From: Microcoleus vaginatus WJT46-NPBG5
GTDB lineage: Bacteria; Cyanobacteriota; Cyanobacteriia; Cyanobacteriales; Oscillatoriaceae
DNA: 64,000 nt
Reading direction: 5' to 3'
NCBI GenBank assembly: GCA_019359355.1
Contig: JAHHHM010000015.1
Coordinates: 45,147 to 109,146, forward strand
Below, piece by piece: positions 29,189 through 41,438 of the stretch. The translations under genes and the position numbers were made by a program. The notes below the pieces were generated by a model, which saw only the letters and a program-made list of their open reading frames with translations, was not told the origin of the DNA and searched no databases. The stretch's first letter is position 1; every line of letters starts with the position of its first letter.

Positions 29189-29464
29189 GTGGATACACTG
29201 ATGGCAGAACCCTCTGATTTTTTATCGCCGCGCAGTCGCTTCTATGGCAAGTTTACGCCCGAAAACTTGGCATTTGACGCGAATTTACAGGAATTCGCGC
29301 AAAAAGTGACGATTATCTGCGCTTTAGAAACAGGTGGCAAAATTTCTCCAGAACAAGCTTATGAAGACATTAAGCGGCTGTGGCGTCAACTGAAAAAATC
29401 TAAAAAGCAGCTAGGAATTGGCGAAACCCCCCCCAATCCAGAAGAGAAGCGGGATGAAACGTGA
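29189..29464 (+). CDS. Small conserved hypothetical protein
   Basis: 91 aa, hydrophilic; no recognisable domain. Confidence 0.35.
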   Translation: MDTLMAEPSDFLSPRSRFYGKFTPENLAFDANLQEFAQKVTIICALETGGKISPEQAYEDIKRLWRQLKKSKKQLGIGETPPNPEEKRDET

Positions 29465-29587
29465 AGCAGAACTGCCGGTGCGGGGGAAAATGGAAAAAGA
29501 AGAATTAAGCGGGAGAATTGAAAATATTCTTCATTCTTAGTTTTTCACGTTCAAGTCTCACTTGAGAGTTGAAACGGACGCACAGGT

Positions 29588-30871
29588 TTGGAAACAGGGA
29601 AGATGGCTATGTTGCCGGTTAAAGAAGCAGAGTCAATCATTTTAGATTTGGTTGAACCTCTCGATCACCAACAGGACGTTGAGGTTGTGGACTTGCTCTC
29701 AGCCCACTCGCGCATCCTAGCCGTGCCGGTGATGAGCCGGCTAGATTTTCCTCACTGGGATAACTCGGCAATGGATGGCTATGCGGTGCGCTATAAAGAT
29801 GTTGCCGGCACCAACGCCCAGCAACCCGCAGCGCTGGAAATTGTCGAAGAGATTCCAGCCGGCTATAAACCCCAAGTCGAGATTAAACCAGGACAAGCCG
29901 CCCGTATCCTCACCGGCTCAATGATGCCAGAGGGTGCAGATACGGTGGTAATCCAGGAAGTAACGCGGCGTGAGGGCGATCGCGTGGTTGTATTAGCCGA
30001 GCCGGCAGAATTGGGCGCGTTTGTGCGCCACCAAGGCTCATTCTACAAAGCCGGCAACCCGCTGCTGCCGGCGGGAATTGCACTTCAGGCACCGGAAATA
30101 GCTGTCCTCGCAGCCGCTCAATGTACTCAAATGACAGTATACCGGCGTCCCCGTGTGGCGATTATCTCCACCGGCAATGAACTGGTAACGCCAGAGCAAC
30201 CGCTGCAACCGGGGCAGATTGTAGACTCCAATCAGTATGCTTTAGCCGCAGCCGTGACAGAAGCCGGTGCAGTGCCGGTGCTGTTAGGGATTGTGCCGGA
30301 TGAACCAGAAGCGCTGAAAGATACGATTGCCAAAGCCGTCGCTACTGCTGACGTGGTTCTCTCCACCGGCGGCGTTTCCGTGGGCGATTATGATTATGTT
30401 GATGAAATTCTGGCAACTTCGGGAGCCAAAATACACATCACCTCGGTTGCTGTTAAACCGGGCAAACCCTTAACCGTTGCAACATTTCCGCCGGCTGCCA
30501 CACAACGCTCAGTTTTGTACTTCGGTTTGCCGGGAAATCCCGTTTCCACCTTAGTTACATTTTGGCGCTTCGTCGAGCCGGCATTGAAAAAGTTAGCCGG
30601 GTTATCTAAAGGTTGGCAGCCCGTGTTTTTGCCGGCGCGAACCCAATATGACTTGCGATCAGATGGCAAGCGGGAAAGCTACCTCTGGGGGCAACTGCAT
30701 TTAATCGATGGCGTGTACAGATTTCAGCTTGCCGGTGGTAGCCACAGCTCAGGGAATTTAATTAATTTAGCCCAAACAACCGGATTAGCCGTCGTGCCGG
30801 TGGGCAAAAAATTGATTTCTGCCGGCGAATGTGTGCAAGTAATGCAACTCGGTTTGCCGGTGAGTCATTAA
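29588..30871 (+). CDS. moeA: Molybdopterin molybdotransferase
   Basis: DNSAMDGYAV motif, MoeA N-terminal and MoCF-binding domain (ISTGNELV, LSTGGVSVGDYDYV). Confidence 0.85.
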   Translation: METGKMAMLPVKEAESIILDLVEPLDHQQDVEVVDLLSAHSRILAVPVMSRLDFPHWDNSAMDGYAVRYKDVAGTNAQQPAALEIVEEIPAGYKPQVEIKPGQAARILTGSMMPEGADTVVIQEVTRREGDRVVVLAEPAELGAFVRHQGSFYKAGNPLLPAGIALQAPEIAVLAAAQCTQMTVYRRPRVAIISTGNELVTPEQPLQPGQIVDSNQYALAAAVTEAGAVPVLLGIVPDEPEALKDTIAKAVATADVVLSTGGVSVGDYDYVDEILATSGAKIHITSVAVKPGKPLTVATFPPAATQRSVLYFGLPGNPVSTLVTFWRFVEPALKKLAGLSKGWQPVFLPARTQYDLRSDGKRESYLWGQLHLIDGVYRFQLAGGSHSSGNLINLAQTTGLAVVPVGKKLISAGECVQVMQLGLPVSH

Positions 30872-31068
30872 ACAGATTCATCTGCCTCTGCCTGCCGGCA
30901 CATTGCACCTACATTAGAAATTTGTAGTGCGGGCATCTTGCCCGCTTGCCTTCATTTTAGGGAGCAAGATGCTCCCACTCCTAATATTTTGCCAATCTGG
31001 GATGCACCCAGTTTAATCAACCCAGCCGGCAGCGAGAGAATTGATTGCCTTTGAAGCAGAAATGCCGG

Positions 31069-31845
31069 CTAAAACACTTGAAAATCAGACGAATCAAGGT
31101 CTGAAGCACTCACCCGATAGATAACCGCTAAATACTCGCCAGTTCTGGTAACTTGAATCACAGAATCTCTTGAATCCGTAGGGCTAGTCGCAATCGTTAA
31201 ATCCCTAACAGTTAAACCATTCGTTAACCCAATCCGATCTCGACCCACCTGAAAGTCCTCAATTAAATCATAACCTGTACCATTTGCAAATAAAAATAGA
31301 TCATTACCATTGCCTCCATTCATATCATCTTGACCAAAACCAGCAATCAGCGTGTCGTCACCATCTTCACCACTCATAAAGTCATTGCCGAAATCGCCGG
31401 ATAGCAGATCATTACCTGATGCCCCGTAAAGAAAATCGTCATTTTGACCGCCGTTTAGGGTATCATTGCCGGCACCGCCCTCAATATCATCATTGCCGAT
31501 ATTGCCATTGAGATAGTCGTTGCCGTCCTCTCCATAAACCTGATCATCGCCTTGCCCGCACAAGAGAATATCGCTGCCGGCACCGCCATAAATTACATCA
31601 TTTCCCTGATTCCCAAACACCCAATCATCGCCCGGATTGCCTTCAAAATAATCGTCTCCATCGAAGCCGATTAATGTATCGTTATTTTCTCCGCCGAATA
31701 CGTTATCATTGCCTTCAGCCGCCTCGATATAATCATTTCCATCCTGCCCGTAGAGGATATCATCGCCTTGAAAGCCGCGAACCAAGTCAGCTTGGGCGCT
31801 GCCTTCGAGCCGGTTGTTGCTATTATCTCCGAATAAATCTGCCAT
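31069..31845 (-). CDS. Small RTX-type calcium-binding repeat protein
   Basis: 258 aa dominated by GxxGNDxL nonapeptide repeats; ends with the same post-RTX module (TGEYLAVIYRVSASDLDSSDFQVF) as the 22272 protein. Confidence 0.7.
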   Translation of the reverse strand: MADLFGDNSNNRLEGSAQADLVRGFQGDDILYGQDGNDYIEAAEGNDNVFGGENNDTLIGFDGDDYFEGNPGDDWVFGNQGNDVIYGGAGSDILLCGQGDDQVYGEDGNDYLNGNIGNDDIEGGAGNDTLNGGQNDDFLYGASGNDLLSGDFGNDFMSGEDGDDTLIAGFGQDDMNGGNGNDLFLFANGTGYDLIEDFQVGRDRIGLTNGLTVRDLTIATSPTDSRDSVIQVTRTGEYLAVIYRVSASDLDSSDFQVF

Positions 31846-31941
31846 CGCTTAGAACCTGAGAATGCAAGTAACACTCTTGCGATCTTAAGCGATTGCATCA
31901 AAATCTCCCATGTATAAAAGCACGGGTTATACAAACTTTAA

Positions 31942-32808
31942 TCAATTCTGGCTCAAAAACTCACGCATATACTGATTTACCAACTGAGGTTGCTCTTGCT
32001 GCACCCAGTGGCTGCAATTGGGAATGTAATGAATTTGAAAATTTCGCACATACGCTTCTGTGCCGTAAGTTAATTCCTTGCCTAGTGCGGTATCCTCTTC
32101 ACCCCAAATCATCAGGGTTGGAACTTCGAGGATTCCCCATTTCTGCGGTTTGAAAAAGCCTTGAAACGCGTTGCGGTAGTAGTTTAGCATCGCAGTTAGC
32201 GCACCCCGTTTGGAAGCAGAATTTTTGTAAGCTTCAATATCTGCCGGCGAAAAGGTGTTTTTATTAACCGCCATACCTGTTAAAGCCGTGGCAATGGCTT
32301 GATAATCATTCCACTGCAACTGTAATTCTGGTAACATCGGCAGTTGGAAGAAAAACACATAGGAACTCTTCAGCAATTGCTGGGGAGTCATTAACCCTTG
32401 AGCAAATTTTGCCGGATGGGGAAGATTGAGAATAATCAATTTTTCCACCATTTCTGGATGTGCGTAGGCAAAACTCCAGGCGATCGCGCCTCCCCAATCA
32501 TGTCCAGCGAGAATGCAGGTTTCATAACCTAAACCTGTGATCATTCCCTTCACATCTTTAATAAATTCCACCATTGTATAAGCGGACTGTTCTTTGGGTT
32601 TGTCGCTGTCATTGTAGCCGCGCAAATCTACGGCAACCACTTTATAATTTTTGGCAAATTCTGGAATTTGATGCCGCCAAGAGTACCAAAACTCTGGAAA
32701 TCCGTGCAGCATCAGCATCAGCCGGCCTTCCCCTTGGGTGACATAATGAAGTTTCACCCCATTAGTGGTGATATATTCGTGCGTCCAAGAACCTTCTAAT
32801 ACAGACAT
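31942..32808 (-). CDS. Alpha/beta-fold hydrolase (epoxide hydrolase / haloalkane dehalogenase-like)
   Basis: HGFPEFWYSWRHQIP oxyanion region and GHDWGGAIAW nucleophile elbow (Asp nucleophile type). Confidence 0.75.
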   Translation of the reverse strand: MSVLEGSWTHEYITTNGVKLHYVTQGEGRLMLMLHGFPEFWYSWRHQIPEFAKNYKVVAVDLRGYNDSDKPKEQSAYTMVEFIKDVKGMITGLGYETCILAGHDWGGAIAWSFAYAHPEMVEKLIILNLPHPAKFAQGLMTPQQLLKSSYVFFFQLPMLPELQLQWNDYQAIATALTGMAVNKNTFSPADIEAYKNSASKRGALTAMLNYYRNAFQGFFKPQKWGILEVPTLMIWGEEDTALGKELTYGTEAYVRNFQIHYIPNCSHWVQQEQPQLVNQYMREFLSQN

Positions 32809-32938
32809 GAATGTTTCCTCAATCTAATTTATATTTAGATTTTCGAGGATTGTTGAATTTTAGGATTCTGTTTTAAGGAGGAATTCTTGATTTTTCTGCT
32901 AAAAATATTAACCCTGCCGGCTGATCATAAACATTCGA

Positions 32939-34024
32939 TCAAACTTGTGGAGTCAGTTGCACCGAAGTCACCGCTTGACTAATTTCCGCTAATTTCTCAG
33001 CAACAGCACCTTTTGTCAGCATCGCTTCAGCCTCAGCAATTCCCGCCGGCATATTTGCACACACACCACAACGCCATAAATAAAACCCACCATTCCAAAT
33101 TGCAGACTGCATCAATTCAGAAGGTTTTCCTTGCAAAACTGCCTGCATTTGTTCCCCAAGCTGAGCGGTAGACTCAAAAGGCACATCACTGCCATCAAAC
33201 CCATAATCACGGGGAGGCAGAAGGATGCGCTCAAAAGGTACATTGGGTTCTTGAATGCCAATAATTGCCGTGCGATCACGGGGTAAGTTACAACTGCCTT
33301 CTAATCCCTTCACAGTTGTAAACCGCTGGATGCCTCGCAACGCCAAAGCGTCTTGAAACATTCCTTCTGTGGGGGGATGGACAAATCCTGCAACAATATG
33401 AGCATCGCCGGCATAAGGGCACCAAATCAACTCCAGCGTCGAGAAGGGGGGACGTTTACCAATTTGGGAACGGTAAGGAACCATTTGATAAGCGTGGGGA
33501 AAATGGTTCGGGAGATAAACAAATCCTAGTCGCGTTTTCTCAAAGACGTGCTGAGCTTGTCCGATATCGAGACGATCCCAGTTAACGCCCAAACCTTGCC
33601 AAATTTCAATTAGAGGAACGCCTTCTTTCGTCGGCATCCGATCCCCTCCATGCAGCACCACCGGCACCCCAGCCGCCGCTAAAATTAAAGCTGTTATCGG
33701 AGTTACCGGCGCATAGCGATCATGCCCATCATAAGGACAGCCTAAAACCGTTACAGGACGGCTAAAACCGGCAGGTTGCAATGTTTGTCCCAGTTCACTA
33801 TAAGCATCTAGCATCCCCGCCAATTCCTCGCCGGTGGGGCGCTTGATCCGGTGGGCGATTAAAAACGCGCCAATCTGAGCCGGTGTTGCTTCTTCTAGCA
33901 ACATCATCCTCGTTGCTGCGGCTGCCTCTTCACGGCTTAAATTTTTGCCGGTGTGGTTGCCACTGCCCACTTTCCGCAGTAATTCCCGAAATGCGTTGCT
34001 CATGCCTGTGACTTTCCCCAACAT
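32939..34024 (-). CDS. Anthranilate phosphoribosyltransferase-family protein (TrpD2-like, glycosyltransferase family 3)
   Basis: 361 aa with N-terminal helical domain and Gly-rich PRT domain (VLGCPYDGHDRY, GVPVVLHGGDRMPTKEG). Confidence 0.6.
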   Translation of the reverse strand: MLGKVTGMSNAFRELLRKVGSGNHTGKNLSREEAAAATRMMLLEEATPAQIGAFLIAHRIKRPTGEELAGMLDAYSELGQTLQPAGFSRPVTVLGCPYDGHDRYAPVTPITALILAAAGVPVVLHGGDRMPTKEGVPLIEIWQGLGVNWDRLDIGQAQHVFEKTRLGFVYLPNHFPHAYQMVPYRSQIGKRPPFSTLELIWCPYAGDAHIVAGFVHPPTEGMFQDALALRGIQRFTTVKGLEGSCNLPRDRTAIIGIQEPNVPFERILLPPRDYGFDGSDVPFESTAQLGEQMQAVLQGKPSELMQSAIWNGGFYLWRCGVCANMPAGIAEAEAMLTKGAVAEKLAEISQAVTSVQLTPQV

Positions 34025-34102
34025 CTAAATACCATTTTGGATCTTTGCAGCTCTTTTGCAAAATGGTAGAAAACACCAAATCGCCTACGCTCGATTAAAG
34101 CA

Positions 34103-35077
34103 TTATGCGACTTGAACAGGTTGTGTCGGGGTTGACTGCTTTTTTCCCGGTAATTGGTTAAAATTCGCCGGCACTAATTCATGCACCAACTCATAGAAGC
34201 GCCGAATGGGCGGAATTTGCAGCCGATCACGAGACGTTACCAGCACCACTTGACGTGTTAAAGCCGGCTCACCCAGCCCATCTTTGTCGGTTTCAATTGA
34301 GCGAATTGCAAGGCTGGGATCGCTTAGCGCCTCAATTAGGGCAGACTTCGGTAACAGCGCAATCATTTCTCCCTGACGCACCACGCCTCGGAAAGCATCC
34401 AGCGTGTTTAACTCCAACGCCGTCTGCAACTTCATTCCCCGCCGTTCAAATTGTTCTTGTACGAGGCGCTGCATTCCGTAACCGTCTTTAAACAGCACTT
34501 GCGGATAACGCCCTAATTCTTTCCAGGGAACCGCTTCATACTGAGTCAGGGGATGATCGCCTGCCATTAATATCTCTAGCGGTTCGTTGTAGAGTACATC
34601 CACCACTAGATCGGGACTCGCCGTTAAAAAGCGGTTATTCATGACGATCGCAATATCCACCAGTCCATCTTTAAGCACTTTCAAGGCGCGATCGCTGCCG
34701 AGGGACGTTACCCGCAACTGCACCTCTGGATAATTTTGACCGAATTTTTGCAACACCGGCGGCAAGGTGTAGGCGCACACCGAGTGAATCGCGGCAACGC
34801 AAAGTTCTGGCTGTTTCCCTGCCAGCAAATCCGCTAATTCTTGCGTGGCATTGTCCCACTCCTGACAGATTTTTCGGGCGTGAGGGAAGAAGCGTTCGCC
34901 TCCTAGAGTTAGCTTAGCCTGCGCTGTTCGGTGAAACAACGGCAAACCCAAGTCGGCTTCTAGCGCCTGTACTTGCCGGCTGATGGTTGATTGGGTAACG
35001 CCGCACTTTCGGGCTGCTTGCTGAAAGCTGCCGGTTTCAGCGACTGCTAAGAAGGCTTGCAACTGCTCTAACCGCAT
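34103..35077 (-). CDS. LysR-family transcriptional regulator
   Basis: N-terminal HTH MRLEQLQAFLAVAETGSFQQAARKCGVTQSTISRQVQALE plus substrate-binding domain. Confidence 0.85.
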   Translation of the reverse strand: MRLEQLQAFLAVAETGSFQQAARKCGVTQSTISRQVQALEADLGLPLFHRTAQAKLTLGGERFFPHARKICQEWDNATQELADLLAGKQPELCVAAIHSVCAYTLPPVLQKFGQNYPEVQLRVTSLGSDRALKVLKDGLVDIAIVMNNRFLTASPDLVVDVLYNEPLEILMAGDHPLTQYEAVPWKELGRYPQVLFKDGYGMQRLVQEQFERRGMKLQTALELNTLDAFRGVVRQGEMIALLPKSALIEALSDPSLAIRSIETDKDGLGEPALTRQVVLVTSRDRLQIPPIRRFYELVHELVPANFNQLPGKKQSTPTQPVQVA

Positions 35078-35747
35078 GGTGGTGTAGCCTAGATCACAAT
35101 TTAGTTCTTTACAAACCTTAGCCGGTTTGCCAAATTACTTCGGTAGAGTTTGATACAGCAAAACCAGGAATTCTCACTTCATCTGCTATCCCTGATCCGT
35201 TATCCCGCTTCCCTTTAAGTTTTTATTAAATAAACATTTTGAATTTGAATATACAAAATACCGTTTTTTTCACAGGAACCTAACTCATTATTTCCTGCCG
35301 GCACAACCATTTCAGAAAAACTGAGATATGGTAGAAAATATTAATATTTTTTTGAGAATGATGGCAACAGATTTCTGTGATTTTTAGAAAAATCTGTGCC
35401 AGCAAACTTCAATTTCGCTGACTTCCACTAATTTTTGTTAAGCAAATTCTCTGGAGACATAAAAATCCTACATAGGGTGTAATATTTCTAGCTGGCACGA
35501 GGCCGGCTGAAAGGCTTGTGGTGCCGGCAGCGGCAAACCATTGCAAAATCAGCTATAGCGTAGCCGAATCGGAGCCACATCGGAGCAGTCCTCAGTCTCT
35601 TTGTTCAACTAATAAACTTATTTCTCTAACAGCTAATTGTGGGATTTGTTGCGGACATTACAAAAAGCCCCGATCTCAAACTTACTGATTAATACCGATG
35701 ACAGCAAATACATAAATGAGTTCTCTTAAAAACAGGACAAAAAACAA

Positions 35748-38700
35748 GTGATGCAACTGAACAAGCTGTCTTTCAATTGGCCCACTATAGAATCGGCAAT
35801 TAACCGGCTTCCTTTGCGCGTTGCCTCTGACACGCCGGTGCTAGATGTCTTGGGGCTGATGAGCCAATCTCAGCAACCCGAACAAGTTGTGCTGGCAGAG
35901 TTCAACCGTCAACCGCTTTCACGGGGTATTTTTACTCAGGCAGATGTACTGAAGCTAATTGCTGCCGGCAGAAATTTAGCACAAGTCAAGCTAGGCGAAG
36001 CGATTGATCAACCGGCAGTTACTCTGACGCTGACTGATCATCAAGATATTTCCACTGCCGTATCGTTATTACACCGGCATCGGGTTGATAAACTGCCGAT
36101 TTTGGACAATTCTGGCGCATTGATCGGCGCAATCACGCCGGAAACCATTCTGCAAGTGGTGGAAGGGGCTGATCTCCTTAAGGGGGTGCCCGTTGAGGCA
36201 GTGATGTCAAGGCAGATCATAACCGCGCCAATGAATGCGCCGGTGCAGAAGATTGCTCAACTGATGATAAAACATCAAGTCAGTTGGGTTGCCATCGCCT
36301 CAGAAAGCGAATCGGCAGATATGCAGCCAATCCCACTAGGAATTATTACAGAGTCGGACATCGTGCAAGCTGGGGTGCAATTGCTCGATCTCGCCACAAC
36401 ACCGGCTTGTGCACTGATGAGAATGCCGGCAAATATCCTAACTCCACAAGATTCTCTGCTGGCAGCGTATCAGCAATTACAACACCGGCAGCCGGTTTTT
36501 GTCACGGCGCGAGAAAATATTCAGGAAATTTTGCTGGGGACTGTTACAGCAATTGACTTGCTTCAAATTTTTGAGCCGGCGCAAACATACAAAATTGTAA
36601 AAATCTCTCAGCCTGCCGGTGTTCAACTTCAACCTAAAAGAATTGAAGTGCTGTTGCGTCGCAACAACGAATTCACAAAACATCTGCAACAGCGTGTAGC
36701 CCATGCCCAAGCGAACTTCCGGCAAGTTCAGCAAGAATCTCAAAAACTGAAGCGACAAGCCCAGCAAACCCGAATGCTTGAGTGTATTAGCAAAGCTATC
36801 CGCAAGCAAGTTCCCTTGGATGACATTCTGCAAACAACCGCCAACCAGCTGCAAAAAGCGCTCGAAGCTAGCCGCTGCCTGATTTTTTGGCCAGATTCCC
36901 GCCATCAGATGGTGACTTGCCAGATGTCAGAAACGACAGCCCAACCTGACAGTCTTGCCGGCACCCATTGTAATTTTTCTGGGAATTATCACCCAACTTT
37001 AGCGCAAGGCGAACCCCTCATTTTGCCGCGCATTGATGACTCGCTAGCGCCGGCACTTCAGCAATCCGCTAATGAGTGTGGCATTCGCGCACTTTTGATT
37101 GTGCCCCTGATCGGGCAGCAATCTTATTTAGGCGAGATCGCCTTGCATCAGTGCGAGGGTGAACGAATCTGGGATTCAGATGAAGTAAGATTTGTCAAGT
37201 CACTTGCAGATCGATGCGCCCTCGCCATCGAGCAAGTCCAACTCAGTGAGCAGGTGCAAACCGCACAGCGGGATAGACAACGGGTGGAAAAGTCTTTGCA
37301 AGAAAGCGAAGCCAAATATCGCAGCATCTTCGAGAATGCGATTGAAGGCATCTTCCAAACCACACCGGATGGAAGCTACATCAGCGCTAATCCTAGCCTC
37401 GCCGGCATTTATGGCTACAACTCGCCGGCAGAACTCATTGCCAACCTCACAGATATTGGACGGCAGCTATACGTCGATCCAGCGCGACGCGACGAGTTCA
37501 TGGCACTCATACAAGAGGACGGGAGTGTATCCGAGTTTGAGTCTCAAGTTTATCGCGCTGACGGCAGCATCATTTGGATTTCCGAGAATGCCCACGCTGT
37601 AAGGAATGCCGAGGGCGCACTGCTTTACTGCGAAGGCACTGTTCTGAATATTAGCAAGCGCAAGCAGGCGGAATTGGCTTTAAAAGAACAACAAGAGTTT
37701 CTGCGTCAGGTCATTGATACCAACCCAAATTTGATTTTTGTTAAAGATTGGGAAGGAAAATTTACCTTAGTCAACCAAGCACTTGCCAATATTTATGAAA
37801 CAACGGTTGAAGATTTACTCGGCAAGAAAGATGCAGATTTTAATTTGAATACCGCAGAAGTTGAAGAGGTTTTGGCTGCTGATCAACAAGTTATGAGCGC
37901 ATTGCAGCCTAAAATTATTGCAGAAGAAACTGTTAGCAGTCCCAATGGAAAGGTTCGCTGGTTTCAAACCATTAAGACACCGCTGCTATCTCCAGACGGT
38001 CAAGCCCGTCATATCCTCGCTGTTTGCAACGATATCACCGAGCGCAAGCAAACTGAGAAAGCACTGCAAGAGTCAAAGCAGATGCTGCAATTAGTGATGG
38101 ATAACATTCCGCAGCTAATATTCTGGAAAGATAGAAATTCTGTTTATTTGGGTTGCAACCGTAACTTTGCACGCGCTGCCGGTGTCGGGACTCCTGAAGA
38201 AATTGCCGGCAAAACAGATTACGATTTGGCCTGGAAAAAAGAGGAATCTGACTGGTTCCGCGAGTGCGATGCGCGTGTGATGGAGACCGATACGCCCGAA
38301 TTCCATATCATCGAAACCCAGCGTCAAGCGGATGGCAAAGAATCTTGGGCAGATACGAATAAAATTCCCCTGCATGACAGTGCCGGCAATGTGGTAGGAA
38401 TTATCGGCACTTATGAGGATGTTACGTTTATTAAACAGGCAGAAGAAGCACTGCAAAAAGTCAACCAAGCCTTAGAACTACGGGTGCAAGAGCGCACAGC
38501 AGAGTTGAGCGAGACGAACGAACAATTACGCAGGGAAATTGCCGAAAAATTGCAGGTGGAAGAAGCACTGCGAAAATCAGAAGATCGCTTTCGCAATTTG
38601 ATTGAAACGACTAGCGACTGGGTGTGGGAAATTGATGAAAATGCTGTCTACACCTACGCCAGCCCTAAAGTGCGCGACCTGTTGGGCTACGAACCTGAAG

Positions 38701-41429
38701 ATGTCCTGGGTAAAACACCTTTTGACTTAATGCCTTCAGAAGAGGCTTTTCGCGTTTCTACGATTTTTGGGCCGCTGGTTGCAACTCAACAGCCCTTACT
38801 CTGTGTGGAAAACACAAACATTCACAAAGATGGCCGGCAGGTTATTCTTGAAACCAGTGGAGCGCCAGTTTTTGATGCAGAGGGGGTGTTCCGGGGTTAT
38901 CGCGGCATGGATCGCGATATTACCGACCGCAAACGGGCAGAGGCGGCCCTGCGAGAAAGTGAGGAACGTTATCGGTTGATGGCCGATCATGCGACTGATA
39001 TGATTGGCCGGCATACCCCAGAGGGCGTTTATCTCTACACCTCGCCGGCGTGCCGCACCTTGCTAGGATACGAGCCAGAGGAACTTGTGGGACACTCGGC
39101 GTATGAGTTTTTCCACCCAGAAGATGTGCCGACTATCCAAACGTGCCAAGCCAACATCCTAGAGCAGCCGGATACCTATACCGTCACCTATCGCATCCGC
39201 CGCAAAGATAATCGTTATATCTGGTTTGAATCCACCGGCAGGAGTGTTCGCAACCCAGACACTGATGAGGTTGAGGCACTTGTAACCGTTTCTCGCGATG
39301 TCACCGAGCGCAAGCAAGCAGAAGAGGCGCTGCGTGAGAGTGAGTTGCGGCTGCGGCTGGCGCTAAAGGTGGCGCAGATGGGTACTTGGGATTGGAATGC
39401 TGAAATTGGAAGGATCACTTGGTCTGAGAAAACCGAATCAATTTTTGGGTTTGCACCCGACACATTCCCTGAAACTTGGGAGGCTTATTTCACTCGTATC
39501 CATCCAGAGGATCGCGAGTATCTCAATGAGGCGATCTCTGGCAGTTGGGAGGAAAGAAAATCCTATGATGTCGAACATCGCATTCTTTGGCCCGATGGTA
39601 GCCTCCGCTGGGTTGCTGCTAAGGGTCACGTTCTGTGTCACCCGACAGGCCGGACTGTGGGAATGAGTGGGGTGGTGATGGACATTACTGAGCGCAAGCA
39701 GGCTGAGGAGGCGCTACAGCGACAGTTAGCGGCGGTGGAAGCGGCAATGGATGGCATCGCTATTCTTAATAGTGAAGGTAAATATATCTACATGAATGCC
39801 GCTCACGTCAAAATATTTGGATATGACAGCGTCAGTCAACTTGCCGGCAAAACATGGCAAGAAATTTATTACCCAGATGAAATTAAGCGATTCGAGGTCG
39901 ATATTTTACCCGGACTTTGGCAAAAGGGAAATTGGCAAGGAGAAGCAACGGGCAAAAAACACAATGGCACGACATTTTTAGCAGACGTTTCCCTAACTGT
40001 CATTGCAGATGGTGGGTTAATTTGTGTCTGTCGCGACCTCAGTGAGCGCAAGCAGGTGGAGGAGATTTTAAAAGTACAGGAACGGGCAATTGCAGCCAGC
40101 AGCAATGGAATTGCGATTTCCGATGCCAGATTACCGGATACACCGTTGATTTATGTTAATCCTGCTTTCGAGCGCATGACGGGTTACAGCGCAGCAGAAG
40201 TCATTGGAAAAAATTGCCGTTTTCTGCAAGGCAGAGAGACTAATCAAGTAGGTTTAAAAGAAGTGCGGCGTGCGCTTAAAGAAGGCAAAGAGTGCAGCGT
40301 TATTTTACGCAACTACCGCAAAGATGGATCTTTATTTTGGAATGAGTTAAGCGTTGCACCCATTTACGATGATCGCGGCAATCTCACTCACTTTATTGGC
40401 ATTGAAACAGACATTACTGAGCGCAAGCAAGCAGAGGAAGCGCTACAGGCTGCTAAGGCTCAATTGCGGGCGGTTTTAGATGCTGTGCCGGGTTTTGTTT
40501 CTTGGATAAGTTCAGATTTGCAATATCTCGGTGTGAACCGGCATCTGGCTGCTGCTGTTAATTTGTCTCCAGAAGCGTTTGCCGGTCAAGAACTCGGCTT
40601 TTTTGAGAGTGGCTTAGCGTTTGGTGAATTTATGCGTCAGTTTTTTGCCGGTTCTAAGCTAGCCGCCAACCAAGTGATTGACGCACAAGTGAATGGTAGC
40701 CGGCGCAGTTACCTGATCGCCGCTCAGAAATACCAGGAAGGCGCTGCTGCTGTCTCGGTGGCGATTGATATTACCGAACGCCAACAGGCACAGGAGCAAC
40801 TAAAAGTTTCCCTGAAAGAGAAAGAGGTGCTGCTTAAAGAAATTCACCACCGGGTTAAAAACAATTTGCAGATTATTTCCAGTCTGCTTAAGTTGCAATC
40901 GTCATACCTTAAGGATATTGAGGCGCAGACGCTGTTTAAGGACAGCTACAACCGGGTTCGTTCAATGGCGCTCATACATGAAAAATTGTATCGCTCCTCT
41001 GATTTAGCTAAAATTGATTTAGCCGACTATATCCGCAACCTCTTAGGAAATTTATTTAGTTCCTATGGGGTTTCTTCCCAGGCGATTGAGTTGAAATTAA
41101 AGGTGGATAATATTTCACTTGATGTTGATACAGCAATTCCTTGTGGATTAATCATTAATGAATTGGTTTCTAATTCTATTAAATACGCATTTACCCCTGG
41201 CTTACGTGGGAAAATTTGTGTTGAATTTTACTTAAAAAGAGAAAATGAATATATTTTACTGATCAGCGATAATGGAGTAGGTTTGCCTTCAGGCTTTGAT
41301 TTAGAGCAAACCGATTCATTAGGGTTGCAGTTGGTTTTTAATTTGGCTGAACAACTTGGAGGAAGCATTAATTTAAATACAGATAATGGGACTAAATTTA
41401 AAATTAAATTTGAAAAAATTAATAAATAG
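35748..41429 (+). CDS. Multi-sensor signal transduction histidine kinase (CBS pair, GAF, about 8 PAS/PAC, HisKA_2/HWE-type kinase core)
   Basis: 1893 aa; repeated PAS-linker motif [12 protein letters not shown] about 8 times; phospho-acceptor block [15 protein letters not shown] typical of HisKA_2; C-terminal ATPase G-boxes (DNGVGLP, GLQLV). Confidence 0.85.
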   Translation: MMQLNKLSFNWPTIESAINRLPLRVASDTPVLDVLGLMSQSQQPEQVVLAEFNRQPLSRGIFTQADVLKLIAAGRNLAQVKLGEAIDQPAVTLTLTDHQDISTAVSLLHRHRVDKLPILDNSGALIGAITPETILQVVEGADLLKGVPVEAVMSRQIITAPMNAPVQKIAQLMIKHQVSWVAIASESESADMQPIPLGIITESDIVQAGVQLLDLATTPACALMRMPANILTPQDSLLAAYQQLQHRQPVFVTARENIQEILLGTVTAIDLLQIFEPAQTYKIVKISQPAGVQLQPKRIEVLLRRNNEFTKHLQQRVAHAQANFRQVQQESQKLKRQAQQTRMLECISKAIRKQVPLDDILQTTANQLQKALEASRCLIFWPDSRHQMVTCQMSETTAQPDSLAGTHCNFSGNYHPTLAQGEPLILPRIDDSLAPALQQSANECGIRALLIVPLIGQQSYLGEIALHQCEGERIWDSDEVRFVKSLADRCALAIEQVQLSEQVQTAQRDRQRVEKSLQESEAKYRSIFENAIEGIFQTTPDGSYISANPSLAGIYGYNSPAELIANLTDIGRQLYVDPARRDEFMALIQEDGSVSEFESQVYRADGSIIWISENAHAVRNAEGALLYCEGTVLNISKRKQAELALKEQQEFLRQVIDTNPNLIFVKDWEGKFTLVNQALANIYETTVEDLLGKKDADFNLNTAEVEEVLAADQQVMSALQPKIIAEETVSSPNGKVRWFQTIKTPLLSPDGQARHILAVCNDITERKQTEKALQESKQMLQLVMDNIPQLIFWKDRNSVYLGCNRNFARAAGVGTPEEIAGKTDYDLAWKKEESDWFRECDARVMETDTPEFHIIETQRQADGKESWADTNKIPLHDSAGNVVGIIGTYEDVTFIKQAEEALQKVNQALELRVQERTAELSETNEQLRREIAEKLQVEEALRKSEDRFRNLIETTSDWVWEIDENAVYTYASPKVRDLLGYEPEDVLGKTPFDLMPSEEAFRVSTIFGPLVATQQPLLCVENTNIHKDGRQVILETSGAPVFDAEGVFRGYRGMDRDITDRKRAEAALRESEERYRLMADHATDMIGRHTPEGVYLYTSPACRTLLGYEPEELVGHSAYEFFHPEDVPTIQTCQANILEQPDTYTVTYRIRRKDNRYIWFESTGRSVRNPDTDEVEALVTVSRDVTERKQAEEALRESELRLRLALKVAQMGTWDWNAEIGRITWSEKTESIFGFAPDTFPETWEAYFTRIHPEDREYLNEAISGSWEERKSYDVEHRILWPDGSLRWVAAKGHVLCHPTGRTVGMSGVVMDITERKQAEEALQRQLAAVEAAMDGIAILNSEGKYIYMNAAHVKIFGYDSVSQLAGKTWQEIYYPDEIKRFEVDILPGLWQKGNWQGEATGKKHNGTTFLADVSLTVIADGGLICVCRDLSERKQVEEILKVQERAIAASSNGIAISDARLPDTPLIYVNPAFERMTGYSAAEVIGKNCRFLQGRETNQVGLKEVRRALKEGKECSVILRNYRKDGSLFWNELSVAPIYDDRGNLTHFIGIETDITERKQAEEALQAAKAQLRAVLDAVPGFVSWISSDLQYLGVNRHLAAAVNLSPEAFAGQELGFFESGLAFGEFMRQFFAGSKLAANQVIDAQVNGSRRSYLIAAQKYQEGAAAVSVAIDITERQQAQEQLKVSLKEKEVLLKEIHHRVKNNLQIISSLLKLQSSYLKDIEAQTLFKDSYNRVRSMALIHEKLYRSSDLAKIDLADYIRNLLGNLFSSYGVSSQAIELKLKVDNISLDVDTAIPCGLIINELVSNSIKYAFTPGLRGKICVEFYLKRENEYILLISDNGVGLPSGFDLEQTDSLGLQLVFNLAEQLGGSINLNTDNGTKFKIKFEKINK

Positions 41430-41438
41430 GAACGAATA

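Noticed and set aside
36477-36905. 142-aa minus-strand ORF
   Set aside because: Antisense within the 1893-aa kinase gene.
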